Shown piece after piece: positions 1 to 8,391 of a DNA stretch of 64,000 nucleotides. Positions within the stretch are counted from its first letter, which is position 1, and every line of letters begins with the position of its first letter. The stretch spans positions 3,232,001 through 3,296,000 of the forward strand of contig CBDDFZ010000001.1 in the NCBI GenBank assembly GCA_965227515.1, given 5' to 3'. The notes under the pieces were generated by a model. That model made no database searches. It was not told the DNA's origin and was given only the letters and a program-made list of their open reading frames with translations. The position numbers were made by a program, and so were the translations under genes. Source of the DNA: Alphaproteobacteria bacterium. GTDB lineage: Bacteria; Pseudomonadota; Alphaproteobacteria; CALKHQ01.

Positions 1-807
1 GACCTGATCGGCGAGAAGGCGAAGGAGCGCAAGGTCTTCATCGCGGCCAACCTGTTCGAGGTGCACGAGGCCTATCCGGGCCGGTTCTTCAACTGCTCCT
101 GCCTGATCGGGCCCGACGGGAAGGTGCTGATCAAACACTGGAAAAACAACAACAATGCCTGGGTCTTCCCCTACACCACGCCGTCCGACATCTATTCCGA
201 CTTCGTCGCCCGGTTCGGGCGCGAGAACCTGTTCCCGGTCGCACGCACGGAGATCGGCAACATCGGGCTGTTGACCTGCGGCGAGCTCGGATTCCCCGAG
301 AACGCCCGCTGCACCATGCTGAACGGCGCCGAGGTGCTGCTGCACCTGACGTCGGAGCCGCACAACCTCAGCCACGGCGACGTACGCAACTGGGAGGCGC
401 TGCGCACCGCGCGCGCCTATGAGAACAAGTGCTTCTTGGCGATGGCCAATATCGGCATGTACGAGGGCGCGCTGCGTGGCCTGCATGGCAGCCACGGCGA
501 CAGCGCCATCCACAATTTCGACGGCTCGATACTGAACAAGATCAATGGCGGCGGCGAAGGCACCATCAAGGGGCCGATCGACCTGAACGCCCTGCGCCGG
601 GTGCGCGCCAAGCCGTTCCACCCGGTGACCCTGCGCGCCGAGATGTATGCCAAGGAGTACGAAGCCACCGTGAGCTGGCCCAATGACGGCTTCCTGGAAA
701 AGCCGATCGAAAGCATTGAGGAGACGCGCGCCCAGTTCCGCCGCCTGGTGGAGGAGCGCCGCGCCCGCGGCATCGACAAGGCCCCCCGCGACTATGCCCC
801 CGAGTAG
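1..807 (+). CDS. Nitrilase/carbon-nitrogen hydrolase family protein (5' end lies outside the window)
   Basis: Frame is open from base 1 (DLIGEKAK...). Motifs: FFNCSCLIGPDG, catalytic Lys region HWK, nucleophile region GLLTCGELGFPE, GAEVLLH, ARAYEN. Confidence 0.85.
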   Translation, partial: DLIGEKAKERKVFIAANLFEVHEAYPGRFFNCSCLIGPDGKVLIKHWKNNNNAWVFPYTTPSDIYSDFVARFGRENLFPVARTEIGNIGLLTCGELGFPENARCTMLNGAEVLLHLTSEPHNLSHGDVRNWEALRTARAYENKCFLAMANIGMYEGALRGLHGSHGDSAIHNFDGSILNKINGGGEGTIKGPIDLNALRRVRAKPFHPVTLRAEMYAKEYEATVSWPNDGFLEKPIESIEETRAQFRRLVEERRARGIDKAPRDYAPE

Positions 808-858
808 CGCCTTGCCCCCTCGCCGCCGCGTCAGCGTTCATCTGAAATCGAAGGAATG

Positions 859-1012
859 TTGACGCCCTCGGCCCTGTGCCGAGGGCCCATTCATCACGCG
901 TTCACTTGGCTTGCGGTCCTGGCTCGCTATCGCCCGCAGGTGCGGCGCGAATCTTGTAACCGATTGGGCATCGGACAAAAATGGGCCCTCGGCACAAGGC
1001 CGAGGGCGTCAA
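859..1012. repeat. Palindromic REP-doublet element, copy 1
   Basis: Arm ttgacgccctcggccctgtgccgagggcccatt (859-891) is the reverse complement, with 1 mismatch, of aatgggccctcggcacaaggccgagggcgtcaa (980-1012). Each arm is itself a hairpin. A related copy lies at 5525-5700. Confidence 0.8.
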
Positions 1013-1076
1013 GATGGTGGGTTGATATGCCGATAGAGGCAACATGCGCGCTCTGTTGTATCTCAAGGTCGCTCAA

Positions 1077-1646
1077 ATGCGCCGCCTGATCGTCGGCATC
1101 ACAGGCGCGTCCTGCGCCATCTACGGCATCCGCGCGCTGCAGGTTCTGCAGACCGTGGACGATGTTGAGACCCACCTTGTGCTCTCGCCCTCGGCCCTGC
1201 GCACCATTGTCGACGAAACCGACGTGCCTGCGGCTGATGTCCGCGACATGGCCGACGTGGTGCACGACTACCGCGACATCGGCGCCGGGCCGGCCAGCGG
1301 ATCGTTCCTTGCCCACGGCATGCTGGTCGCCCCCTGCTCCATCAAGACGCTGAGCGGCATCGCCAATTCCTACGACGACAATCTGATCGTGCGCGCCGCC
1401 GACGTGTGCCTGAAGGAACAGCGCCGCCTGGTCCTGATGTTGCGGGAGACCCCGCTGCATGCCGGCCATCTGGAGTTGATGCTGCGCGCGGCGCGCATCG
1501 GTGCGGTCATCGCGCCGCCGATGCCGGCGTTCTACCCCCGGCCGCAGACGCTGGACGACCTGATCGACCACGCGGTCGGTCGCGCGTTGGACCTGTTCGA
1601 CATCGATGCAGGTGTGGTGAAGCGCTGGAAGGACAGCGCGGGATAG
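1077..1646 (+). CDS. ubiX: Flavin prenyltransferase UbiX/Pad1
   Basis: RRLIVGITGAS, ASGSF, MLVAPCSIKTLSGIA, RAADVCLKEQRRLVLMLRETPLH, PPMPAFY. Start placed at ATG 1077. Confidence 0.93.
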   Translation: MRRLIVGITGASCAIYGIRALQVLQTVDDVETHLVLSPSALRTIVDETDVPAADVRDMADVVHDYRDIGAGPASGSFLAHGMLVAPCSIKTLSGIANSYDDNLIVRAADVCLKEQRRLVLMLRETPLHAGHLELMLRAARIGAVIAPPMPAFYPRPQTLDDLIDHAVGRALDLFDIDAGVVKRWKDSAG

Positions 1647-1772
1647 CTCGGCGACTGCGTAGATGGGCTAACGGCCCTTGTTTGGTGGCGTGCATGAGTG
1701 GTCGTCCCTCAAGATGTCGGTGTCATACACGGAGTCGGGTTTGCCGCTCCAAGACATCGAGGAGAGACGACC

Positions 1773-2816
1773 ATGAACTACTATGCCGGGATTGACGTTT
1801 CTTTGGAATGGTCATCGGTGTGCGTTGTTGACGGCGCGGGCGGGATTGTCTGCGAGGCTCGTATTGCGAGCACGCCGGCGGGTTTGTTGTTGTGGTTTGG
1901 GTCTTTGGGGATTTCGGTTGAGCGGATTGGTCTTGAGGCGGGGCCGTTGTCGCAATGGCTTGTGCGGGGATGTAGCGAGGGCGGTCTTTCGGTTGAGTTG
2001 CTGGAGACGCGTCATGTTGCGCGAGCGCTTTCGACGATGCCGGTGAAGTCGGACCGCTCGGACGCACGCGGGATTGCTCAGCTGATGCGTGTGGGCTGGT
2101 TTCGGCCGGTTCACTGCAAGTCTTTGGCGGCCCAGGAGATGCGGGCCCTTTTGAAGGGTCGCGACCAGCTCCGCGCGAAGCTGCACGATCTTGAGATGCA
2201 CCTTCGTGGTCAGCTGCGGAACTTCGGGCTGAAGGTAGGGCACACCACCAGGCGCAGCTTTTCGACACGTATTTCGGAGCTTGTGGCGGGGCATCCGGTA
2301 CTGGAGGCGGTGGCGGGGGCGCTGCTGTCGGCACGCGATGGCCTGTTGCTATCGTTCACGGCGCTGGACCGGCAGGTCCGGGCGGCGGCGCAGGCCGACG
2401 ATCGCGCTCGCCTGCTGATGACGGTGCCGGGCGTGGGGAGCATTGTCGGACTGACCTACTTGTCGGGAGTGGACGACCCCGGGCGGTTTGCCTCGTCGCG
2501 CCTGGTGGGTGCGCACTTCGGCCTGACGCCGACCAAGCGCCAGTCGGGCGAGAGCGAGGTGATGGGGCGGATATCGAAGGTAGGGGACGCCGATGTGCGC
2601 TCGGCCCTCTATGAGGCGGCACACGTGGTTCTGACCCGGCCGATCGAGGGCGGCTGGCTGAAGAGCTGGGCGATGAAGCTGGCCAGGCGTGCGGGCATGA
2701 GGAAGGCGAAGGTCGCGCTGGCGCGCCGGCTCGCCGTGATCATGCACCGGATGTGGGTTGACGGCACACCGTTCAACCATGCCGGACCGGTGCGCCCGGC
2801 GATGGCGACAGCATGA
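1773..2816 (+). CDS. IS110-family DEDD transposase/recombinase
   Basis: YAGIDVS, IGLEAG, KSDRSDA (DEDD RuvC-like), TVPGVG, GLTP..RQSG (catalytic Ser), ISKVGD..RSALYEAA, KAKVALARRLAVIMHRMW. RBS gagga before ATG 1773. Confidence 0.96.
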   Translation: MNYYAGIDVSLEWSSVCVVDGAGGIVCEARIASTPAGLLLWFGSLGISVERIGLEAGPLSQWLVRGCSEGGLSVELLETRHVARALSTMPVKSDRSDARGIAQLMRVGWFRPVHCKSLAAQEMRALLKGRDQLRAKLHDLEMHLRGQLRNFGLKVGHTTRRSFSTRISELVAGHPVLEAVAGALLSARDGLLLSFTALDRQVRAAAQADDRARLLMTVPGVGSIVGLTYLSGVDDPGRFASSRLVGAHFGLTPTKRQSGESEVMGRISKVGDADVRSALYEAAHVVLTRPIEGGWLKSWAMKLARRAGMRKAKVALARRLAVIMHRMWVDGTPFNHAGPVRPAMATA

Positions 2817-3080
2817 TGGCCGCGGCATAAGGAGAACCGACACACGAGCTTCGACGGGCACCGACACCGGCCCGTCGAGCGCCGTCCCGCGCCGGGACGA
2901 TGGATCAGGTCAGGCCGCCATCCGGGATGTCGCCTCGCATGAGAGCACGCTTCCGTAGATTGGACCGACCGATCCTCGCATATCCATCTTGGCGGCGGCC
3001 CTGCGCCGACCCCGTACAGAAGCATGACCCAGGCGCCGGGACGACGAAAAAGGGATTGACCAACAATGGCCCGTTACAGA
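2817..3080 (+). ncRNA. Putative IS110 bridge/seek RNA region (3' non-coding end)
   Basis: Contains cgtag (2954, left target), ccatct (2984, rc of AGatgg), tacagaag (3015, element right end) and acccaggc (3027, rc of right target), with GC-rich hairpins between them. Boundaries are inferred. Confidence 0.6.
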
Positions 3081-3134
3081 AGCCTGGGTGAAGCGCAGCG
3101 AAACCCGGGTTCCACTTCGTTCCACCCAGGCTAC
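3081..3134. repeat. GTAG-type REP hairpin (interrupted IS target)
   Basis: Removing the IS restores GTAGCCTGGGTGAAGCG...TTCCACCCAGGCTAC, an inverted repeat beginning with GTAG and ending with CTAC. Confidence 0.8.
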
Positions 3135-3252
3135 GAGCCTGAGCGAGGCCGCCACCTCCTCACAAAATTACCTTTGTAATTTCGCGAAAGAAAAAAGCTA
3201 TTGTTCCGCGCCATTTTTCGTTAGCCTTGATGCATGGTCATTTCATTCGGCA

Positions 3253-3323
3253 CCAGCCCTCTCCCCCACCCGGCCGCCCAACGACAGTATCCTGCTGGGT
3301 GGCCGGGTGGGGGAGAGGGCTGG
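3253..3323. repeat. Long intergenic palindrome (REP/RPE-like hairpin)
   Basis: ccagccctctcccccacccggccgccca ... tgggtggccgggtgggggagagggctgg: 28-bp arms with 1 mismatch. Confidence 0.75.
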
Positions 3324-3431
3324 CGCAGATTCAGCGCAAGCTGAGCTTGAGCTAGGCACCAATCGTGCCGATGAGGCCGCCGCGACGGGTGCATCCGCCT
3401 GGCGCCGGTGCCGTGAAACGAGGAGATTGTC

Positions 3432-4616
3432 GTGCGTAAGGGATTCCGGGTCATCGACGTAGACAGCCACGTGACGCCGTCGCTTGAGGTGCTGCACAAA
3501 TACGCCAGCCAGGCACTCAAGGACCGCTGGGACGAGTTCAATCCCTATCTGCGCGAGATGAACTCACCCCCGGGCCGCGGCCACCCGACCGGACCCTGGC
3601 ACACCATCAAGGTCAACCCGATCCCCTACAACCGCATTGCCGGCGAGAAGCCCGGCGTGGAGTTCGCCGAAAAGGGCGGCAAGGGCGCCTTGGAATCGCG
3701 GGTCAAGAATATCTCGAAGTACGAGTGTGCCGAGCGCATCCAGCACGACAATCCCGATGGCCGTGTCGCCGACATGGACACCGAGGGCGTGGACGTGAAC
3801 GTGCTGATCCCGGGCACCTGGGCCTCGGCCTCCACCGCACTCGATCCTGGCCTGTCGTCGCTGCTCTACGGCGCCTATCACGACTACATGGCGGATTTCT
3901 GCAGCGGTCACCCCAACCGTCTGCTGGGCCTGTTCCTGGCGCCCGGCAACAACATCGAATGGGCGGTGGAGAACCTAAAGAAGCGCGGCGAGGAAGGCTG
4001 GGTCTCGTGCGTCTGGCCGTGCCTGCCCGAGGGCATGCCGATCGACGACCCGGACCTGGAGCCGTTGTGGGAGGTGATGAACGACCTGCACCTGCCGATC
4101 ATCCACCACTCGTTCTTCTATGAGCCGCCGTACTTCCCGGGGTATCGCGACATCTGGGGCAACGCCGCCATCGCGCGCACCGCCGCCCACCCCTGGGGCG
4201 CGCAGCGCCTGCTCGCCTACGTGATTGCCGGCGGCATCCTGGACCGGCACCCCAACATCAAGGTGGGCTTCGCGGAAACCGGACACGGCTGGCTGCCCTA
4301 CTGGGTGAAGCGTCTCGACAGCCAGGTGACCTATGTCGCCGGCACCGTGCGCCCGCTGAAGTACCTGCCCAGCGAATACGTCAAGATGGGCCGGGTGTTC
4401 TGCTGCATCGAAAGCCACGAGGGCCCGGAGATGACCAAGGCGGTGATCGACGTGCTGGGCGACGGCTGCCTGATGTATGCCTCCGACTTCCCACACCCGG
4501 AGTGCGACTGGCCGCATTCGGTCGACAACGTGATCGCGTGGGAGAACCACCTGGGCAACGAGCCGCTGCGCAAGCTGTTGGGCGCCAACGCCGACAATTA
4601 TCTGCGCGTCGCCTGA
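3432..4616 (+). CDS. Amidohydrolase family (Amidohydro_2) metallohydrolase/decarboxylase
   Basis: VIDVDSHV metal motif, DMDTEGVD, PIIHH, GGILDRHP..KVGFAETG..WLP, MYASDFPH. RBS aggag. Confidence 0.9.
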   Translation: MRKGFRVIDVDSHVTPSLEVLHKYASQALKDRWDEFNPYLREMNSPPGRGHPTGPWHTIKVNPIPYNRIAGEKPGVEFAEKGGKGALESRVKNISKYECAERIQHDNPDGRVADMDTEGVDVNVLIPGTWASASTALDPGLSSLLYGAYHDYMADFCSGHPNRLLGLFLAPGNNIEWAVENLKKRGEEGWVSCVWPCLPEGMPIDDPDLEPLWEVMNDLHLPIIHHSFFYEPPYFPGYRDIWGNAAIARTAAHPWGAQRLLAYVIAGGILDRHPNIKVGFAETGHGWLPYWVKRLDSQVTYVAGTVRPLKYLPSEYVKMGRVFCCIESHEGPEMTKAVIDVLGDGCLMYASDFPHPECDWPHSVDNVIAWENHLGNEPLRKLLGANADNYLRVA

Positions 4617-4668
4617 TCGGCAGGCGTGGCGTAGACTGCGGGCTTCGGCGAACAGCGGGACACCGGTC

Positions 4669-5496
4669 TTGGATTACGAGGACGCGCACCGCTACGTCGC
4701 CCGCGCTCGGGCGGAAGGGGCAGCCCGAGACACCAAGGTGACGGTGGCGATCCTGGATGCGGCGGGCCACCCGGTGCTGGTGGCGCGCGGCAAGCCGGAT
4801 ACGTGGCACGGGCCGTACATGGCCATGGGCAAGGCGCGGCTGGCGGCGGCGTTTCGCAAGCCGACCGCCGACCTGCTGGAGCGCTGGGAGGACCGGCCGC
4901 TGTTCGCCCAGAGCCTGACCGAGGTCATCCCCGGCGGCGTGACCCTGAACAAGGGTGGCTACCCGATCTTCCGCGACGGCAAATGCGTCGGTGCGATCGG
5001 GGTTGGCGGCGGGTCGCCAGATATCGATGATGCGGTGGCCAGGGCGACGGTGGAGGCGCTGGCGGATGATGCGCCCGATGATGCGAGCAATGAGGCGGAA
5101 GTGACTGATAATTTGGAAAAGACGCCGATCCACACCGATGGCGCGCCGACGCCGACCGGGCCGTTCAACCAGGCCATGGTCTGGAACAATCTGGTGTTCA
5201 CCTCGGGCCAGGCCGGGCGCAACCGGGAGACCGGCCAGATGGGCGACATCTCCGATCAGGCGCGGCGCTGCATCACCAACATCGGCAATGTGCTGGAGGC
5301 GTCGGGCAGCTCGCTCGCCCACCTGCTGAAGGTGACCGTGTTCCTGAAGGACGCCGCCGACTGGAAGGCCTTCAACGAGGTCTACGTCGAGTTGGTGCCG
5401 GAGCCGCGCCCTGCCCGCTCCTCCGCGGTCGTGCAGCTCAAGAACCCGGACATGCTGGTGGAGATGGAGGCCGTGGCCTACGTGCCCCAGAAATGA
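4669..5496 (+). CDS. GlcG/HbpS heme-binding domain fused to a RidA/YjgF domain
   Basis: N-terminal half: VTVAILDAAGH, A.GKA..AAAF..PT, GGYPI..DG..VGAIGVGGG..D..VA. C-terminal half: APTPTGPFNQA, VFTSGQ, LKVTVFL.D..DW..FNEVY, PARS, LVEMEAVA. Confidence 0.85.
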   Translation: MDYEDAHRYVARARAEGAARDTKVTVAILDAAGHPVLVARGKPDTWHGPYMAMGKARLAAAFRKPTADLLERWEDRPLFAQSLTEVIPGGVTLNKGGYPIFRDGKCVGAIGVGGGSPDIDDAVARATVEALADDAPDDASNEAEVTDNLEKTPIHTDGAPTPTGPFNQAMVWNNLVFTSGQAGRNRETGQMGDISDQARRCITNIGNVLEASGSSLAHLLKVTVFLKDAADWKAFNEVYVELVPEPRPARSSAVVQLKNPDMLVEMEAVAYVPQK

Positions 5497-5524
5497 TGAC
5501 AGCACGGCACCACCACACCCACCC

Positions 5525-5700
5525 GTCATCCTCGCCCTTGTGGCGAGGATCCATTCATGGCCAGCGCGCGAGCCGCGGGCTCGGCTTGCGGCGCACCGTG
5601 GTGGAGCGCATAGATGTCCTTGCAGGACCGGCAATCACGAACAAGGCCCGCAATCGCGCCCTGCACAGCGATGGGTCCTCGGCACAAGGCCGAGGACGAC
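5525..5700. repeat. Palindromic REP-doublet element, copy 2
   Basis: gtcatcctcgcccttgtggcgaggatccat (5525-5554) pairs with atgggtcctcggcacaaggccgaggacgac (5671-5700). The right arm is nearly identical to 981-1005. Confidence 0.8.
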
Positions 5701-5719
5701 GATATTTTGTTGGAAAAGC

Positions 5720-6841
5720 ATGCTCCGCATCGTCGACCTGAAGAAGAGCTACATCGCCGACGACGAGCGGGTCGACGCCCTGCGCGGCATCTCGTTCGAG
5801 GTCGACGAGGGCGACTTCTTCACCCTGCTCGGCCCCAGCGGCTCGGGCAAGAGTACGGCGCTGCGCTGCGTCGCCGGCCTGGAGCACGCCCAGGGTGGCG
5901 AGATCTGGATCGGCGACCAGTGTGTGTTCTCGGCCGAAAAGCGGATCATGGTGCCGCCGGATGCGCGGCCCATCGGCATGGTGTTCCAGTCCTACGCCAT
6001 CTGGCCGCACATGTCAGTGTTCGAGAACGTGGCCTTCCCGCTGCGCCACGGCTCCACCGAGGGTCGCCTCGGCCGCGAGCAGATCCAGGAACGGGTCGAC
6101 GAGGCGCTGGGCAAGGTGCACTTGCAGGGCTATGGCGCGCGGCCCGCGCCGCAGCTTTCCGGCGGTCAGCAGCAGCGTGTCGCGCTGGCCCGCGCCCTGG
6201 TGCGGCGGCCGAAGCTGCTGCTGCTCGACGAACCGTTGTCGAACCTGGACGCCAAGCTGCGCGAGGAAATGCGGATCGAGTTGAAGGAAATCACTGAAGC
6301 GCTTGGCATCACGGCATTTTTCGTCACCCATGACCAGATCGAAGCGCTGGCGATGTCCGACAGGATCGGCGTCATCATGGAAGGCAATTTGATCGAAATA
6401 GGCACCCCGCACGAGGTCTACACCAACTCGCCGAGCCGGGTGGTTGCGGGCTTCCTGGGCGTGGTCAACGTGATCGAGGGTCGGGTGACCGCGTGCGACG
6501 CCGATGGCTGCGTGACGGTGGAGACCGACTGCGGCCGGGTGCGCTCGACACGGGCCGGCGGTGTGGCGACGGACACCCAGGCCGCCGTGGTCATCCGCCC
6601 GGAGGCGCCGATTTGCAGCCGCATCGCCCCCGCTGACGACCCGACGGCCAGCAATGTGTTCGAGGGCACGGTGACCAGCGTGTCGTTCCTGGGCGGCTAC
6701 ATCGATGCCGAGGTCGAGATTGCCTCCAATGGCGCCGGCCCGCGGCAGCTCAAGGTCAGCCTCAACCCCTACGACCACTTCACGCCGGGCGAGCGCATCT
6801 ACGTCCAGGTGCCGCAGGACCGCTGCCAGGTACTGCCTTAG
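5720..6841 (+). CDS. ABC transporter ATP-binding protein (PotA/FbpC-like, C-terminal TOBE)
   Basis: Walker A GPSGSGKST, Q-loop MVFQSYA, signature LSGGQQQRVALARAL, Walker B LLLLDEPLSNLD, VTHDQ. Start at ATG 5720; the upstream ORF extension is repeat DNA. Confidence 0.93.
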   Translation: MLRIVDLKKSYIADDERVDALRGISFEVDEGDFFTLLGPSGSGKSTALRCVAGLEHAQGGEIWIGDQCVFSAEKRIMVPPDARPIGMVFQSYAIWPHMSVFENVAFPLRHGSTEGRLGREQIQERVDEALGKVHLQGYGARPAPQLSGGQQQRVALARALVRRPKLLLLDEPLSNLDAKLREEMRIELKEITEALGITAFFVTHDQIEALAMSDRIGVIMEGNLIEIGTPHEVYTNSPSRVVAGFLGVVNVIEGRVTACDADGCVTVETDCGRVRSTRAGGVATDTQAAVVIRPEAPICSRIAPADDPTASNVFEGTVTSVSFLGGYIDAEVEIASNGAGPRQLKVSLNPYDHFTPGERIYVQVPQDRCQVLP

Positions 6842-6867
6842 CGACAACGACCGGTGTGGCCTTACGT

Positions 6868-6903
6868 AAGAAAGGGCAGCGCCCGTCGGCACTGCCCTTT
6901 CTT
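6868..6903. terminator. Probable bidirectional intrinsic terminator
   Basis: aagaaagggcag-N12-ctgccctttctt, a perfect 12-bp stem between convergent genes. Confidence 0.65.
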
Positions 6904-7038
6904 GTGGCGCCTTTGCTCGCCCATCGGCGGCGTTTGCTTGCCTGTTCGCCTGCGATGCGTGGCCTGCATGTGTCGCGGCCGATGCTCACACGGCGGTCAT
7001 AGGCGCCAAGAATGGTTTAGGTGGTGTGCGGTTCCCGA

Positions 7039-7800
7039 TCAGGAGCTGGTTGCGACGGCGGTGCTGCCGGCGTGGCGCCACCACATGGTCTGGTTGAGGC
7101 TGAAGTAGGGCCGGTAGTGGCTGATGGAGGACGCGCGCACCACCTGGTCGATCTGGTTGTCGAGCACGTAGGCCTCGTCGTTGTGATAGACGATGAGGAT
7201 GGCGTGCACGAGGTTGAGCTGGGTGTCGTGGACCACGGCGATGCGCATGTCGCGGTCTGAGAAGCCGAGCTCGCGCAGCGTCATGTACTTGGCGATGGCG
7301 TAGTCCTCGCAGTCGCCGGAGCGGGTGAAGAACTGGCCCGGGGTCGCCCAGTAGTCGCTGGCGCCGTAGTTGCGCGCATCCTCGATATAGGCGGCCGAGT
7401 TCATCCGGGTGTTGACCTGGACGATCTGGCTGAACCGGTCCAAGCCGCGCAGGCTTTCCACATAGACCAGCCACTGCTGCAGCTTGCAGTCGCCGCCGGC
7501 GCAGGGCTGCTCGGCCTGGGCGCGTTCGGTCTGGAAGGCGGCCAGCATCCGGGTCCACTTGGTGAACTGGGAGACGTCGGGGGACGGCGTGCCTTGCGAC
7601 CCGAACAGCGGCGGCGCGGAGGCCATGAGATCGACGGCCTGTGCGGTGCCGGCAAGCCCGGTGAGGGTAGCTGTGGCAACCGCGACGGCGGCAACGAACC
7701 GGCGCACGGTGTTGGCGGGGCGGGCCGTGGCGGCCCGGCGGAGAACGCGATCGAGCCGTGAGTACCGGATCGTGTTCGGTGTGTTTTTCATCGCAGACAT
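7039..7800 (-). CDS. Transglutaminase-like cysteine peptidase (BTLCP/LapG, peptidase C93)
   Basis: DYWATP..F...GDCEDYAIAKY..L, HAILIV, YVLDN (Cys-His-Asp triad) and a signal-peptide-like N-terminus. True start may be downstream. Confidence 0.92.
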   Translation of the reverse strand: MSAMKNTPNTIRYSRLDRVLRRAATARPANTVRRFVAAVAVATATLTGLAGTAQAVDLMASAPPLFGSQGTPSPDVSQFTKWTRMLAAFQTERAQAEQPCAGGDCKLQQWLVYVESLRGLDRFSQIVQVNTRMNSAAYIEDARNYGASDYWATPGQFFTRSGDCEDYAIAKYMTLRELGFSDRDMRIAVVHDTQLNLVHAILIVYHNDEAYVLDNQIDQVVRASSISHYRPYFSLNQTMWWRHAGSTAVATSS

Positions 7801-7823
7801 GAGTTTGTTTTACCTGCGACCTT

Positions 7824-7838
7824 TTAAATAGCGCTTAA
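7824..7838. promoter_or_regulatory. CtrA-box-like site
   Basis: Exact TTAA-N7-TTAA (ttaa atagcgc ttaa) in an AT-rich intergenic region upstream of the BTLCP gene. Confidence 0.45.
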
Positions 7839-8045
7839 TAATTACACGACTGTTCTTCCATTATTATCTACATACTTGACAAACATTCCACATTCACTTG
7901 ATTATTATTTTCGACAAACACAGATAAAATTTGAGCGGCATTGCCGGCGGTGGCACCGGAAAGCGCTTGAATTCGGGCACAAGAGTAAGTAGTTGCTTAC
8001 GCTATCGGTGGTGAGACCGCCGCGATCACGAGGGCGAGTGCGACC

Positions 8046-8384
8046 ATGGCCTATGACGAAGACCTGGCTGACCGGTTCCGGCGGGCGATCGAAGGCGTTC
8101 AGGGAACGTCGGAGAAAAAGATGATGGGCGGCATCTGCTTCTTCGTGAACGGGAACATGCTGGGCGGCGTCAGCACGGCCAAGAACGGCCGCCGGTTCAT
8201 GTTCCGGGTCGGCAAGGAGAACATCGCCGAAGCCGAGGCGATGAGCGCGGGCGAGGAAGTCGTGATGGGCGCGCGCCGGATGCCCGGGTTCTTCCATGTC
8301 GAGGCCGATGCCTGCGACGACGACCTGTTCCGGCAATGGACCTCGCTGGCGCTCAGCCACGCCACCGCCCTGCCCCCGAAGTGA
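8046..8384 (+). CDS. TfoX/Sxy N-terminal domain family protein
   Basis: MAYDEDLADR, EKKMMGGICFFVNGNM, MFRVG, M.GF..V, W..LA.....LPPK. Confidence 0.88.
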   Translation: MAYDEDLADRFRRAIEGVQGTSEKKMMGGICFFVNGNMLGGVSTAKNGRRFMFRVGKENIAEAEAMSAGEEVVMGARRMPGFFHVEADACDDDLFRQWTSLALSHATALPPK

Positions 8385-8391
8385 GCGTGCC

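Larger units (their letters stand above)
1661..3082 (+). mobile_element. IS110-family (IS1111-type) insertion sequence, bounded by an AG core on each side
   Basis: Left junction gcgt-AG-atgggctaacggcccttgtt; right junction aacaatggcccgttacaga-AG-cctgggtg. Sub-terminal inverted repeats taacggcccttgtt / aacaatggcccgtta. Long 3' non-coding end and ttgacc (-35-like) at 3056. Confidence 0.85.

Noticed and set aside
5540-5719. N-terminal extension of the ABC ATPase in the ORF track
   Set aside because: It runs through the palindromic repeat element; the ATPase fold begins at MLRIVDL (5720).
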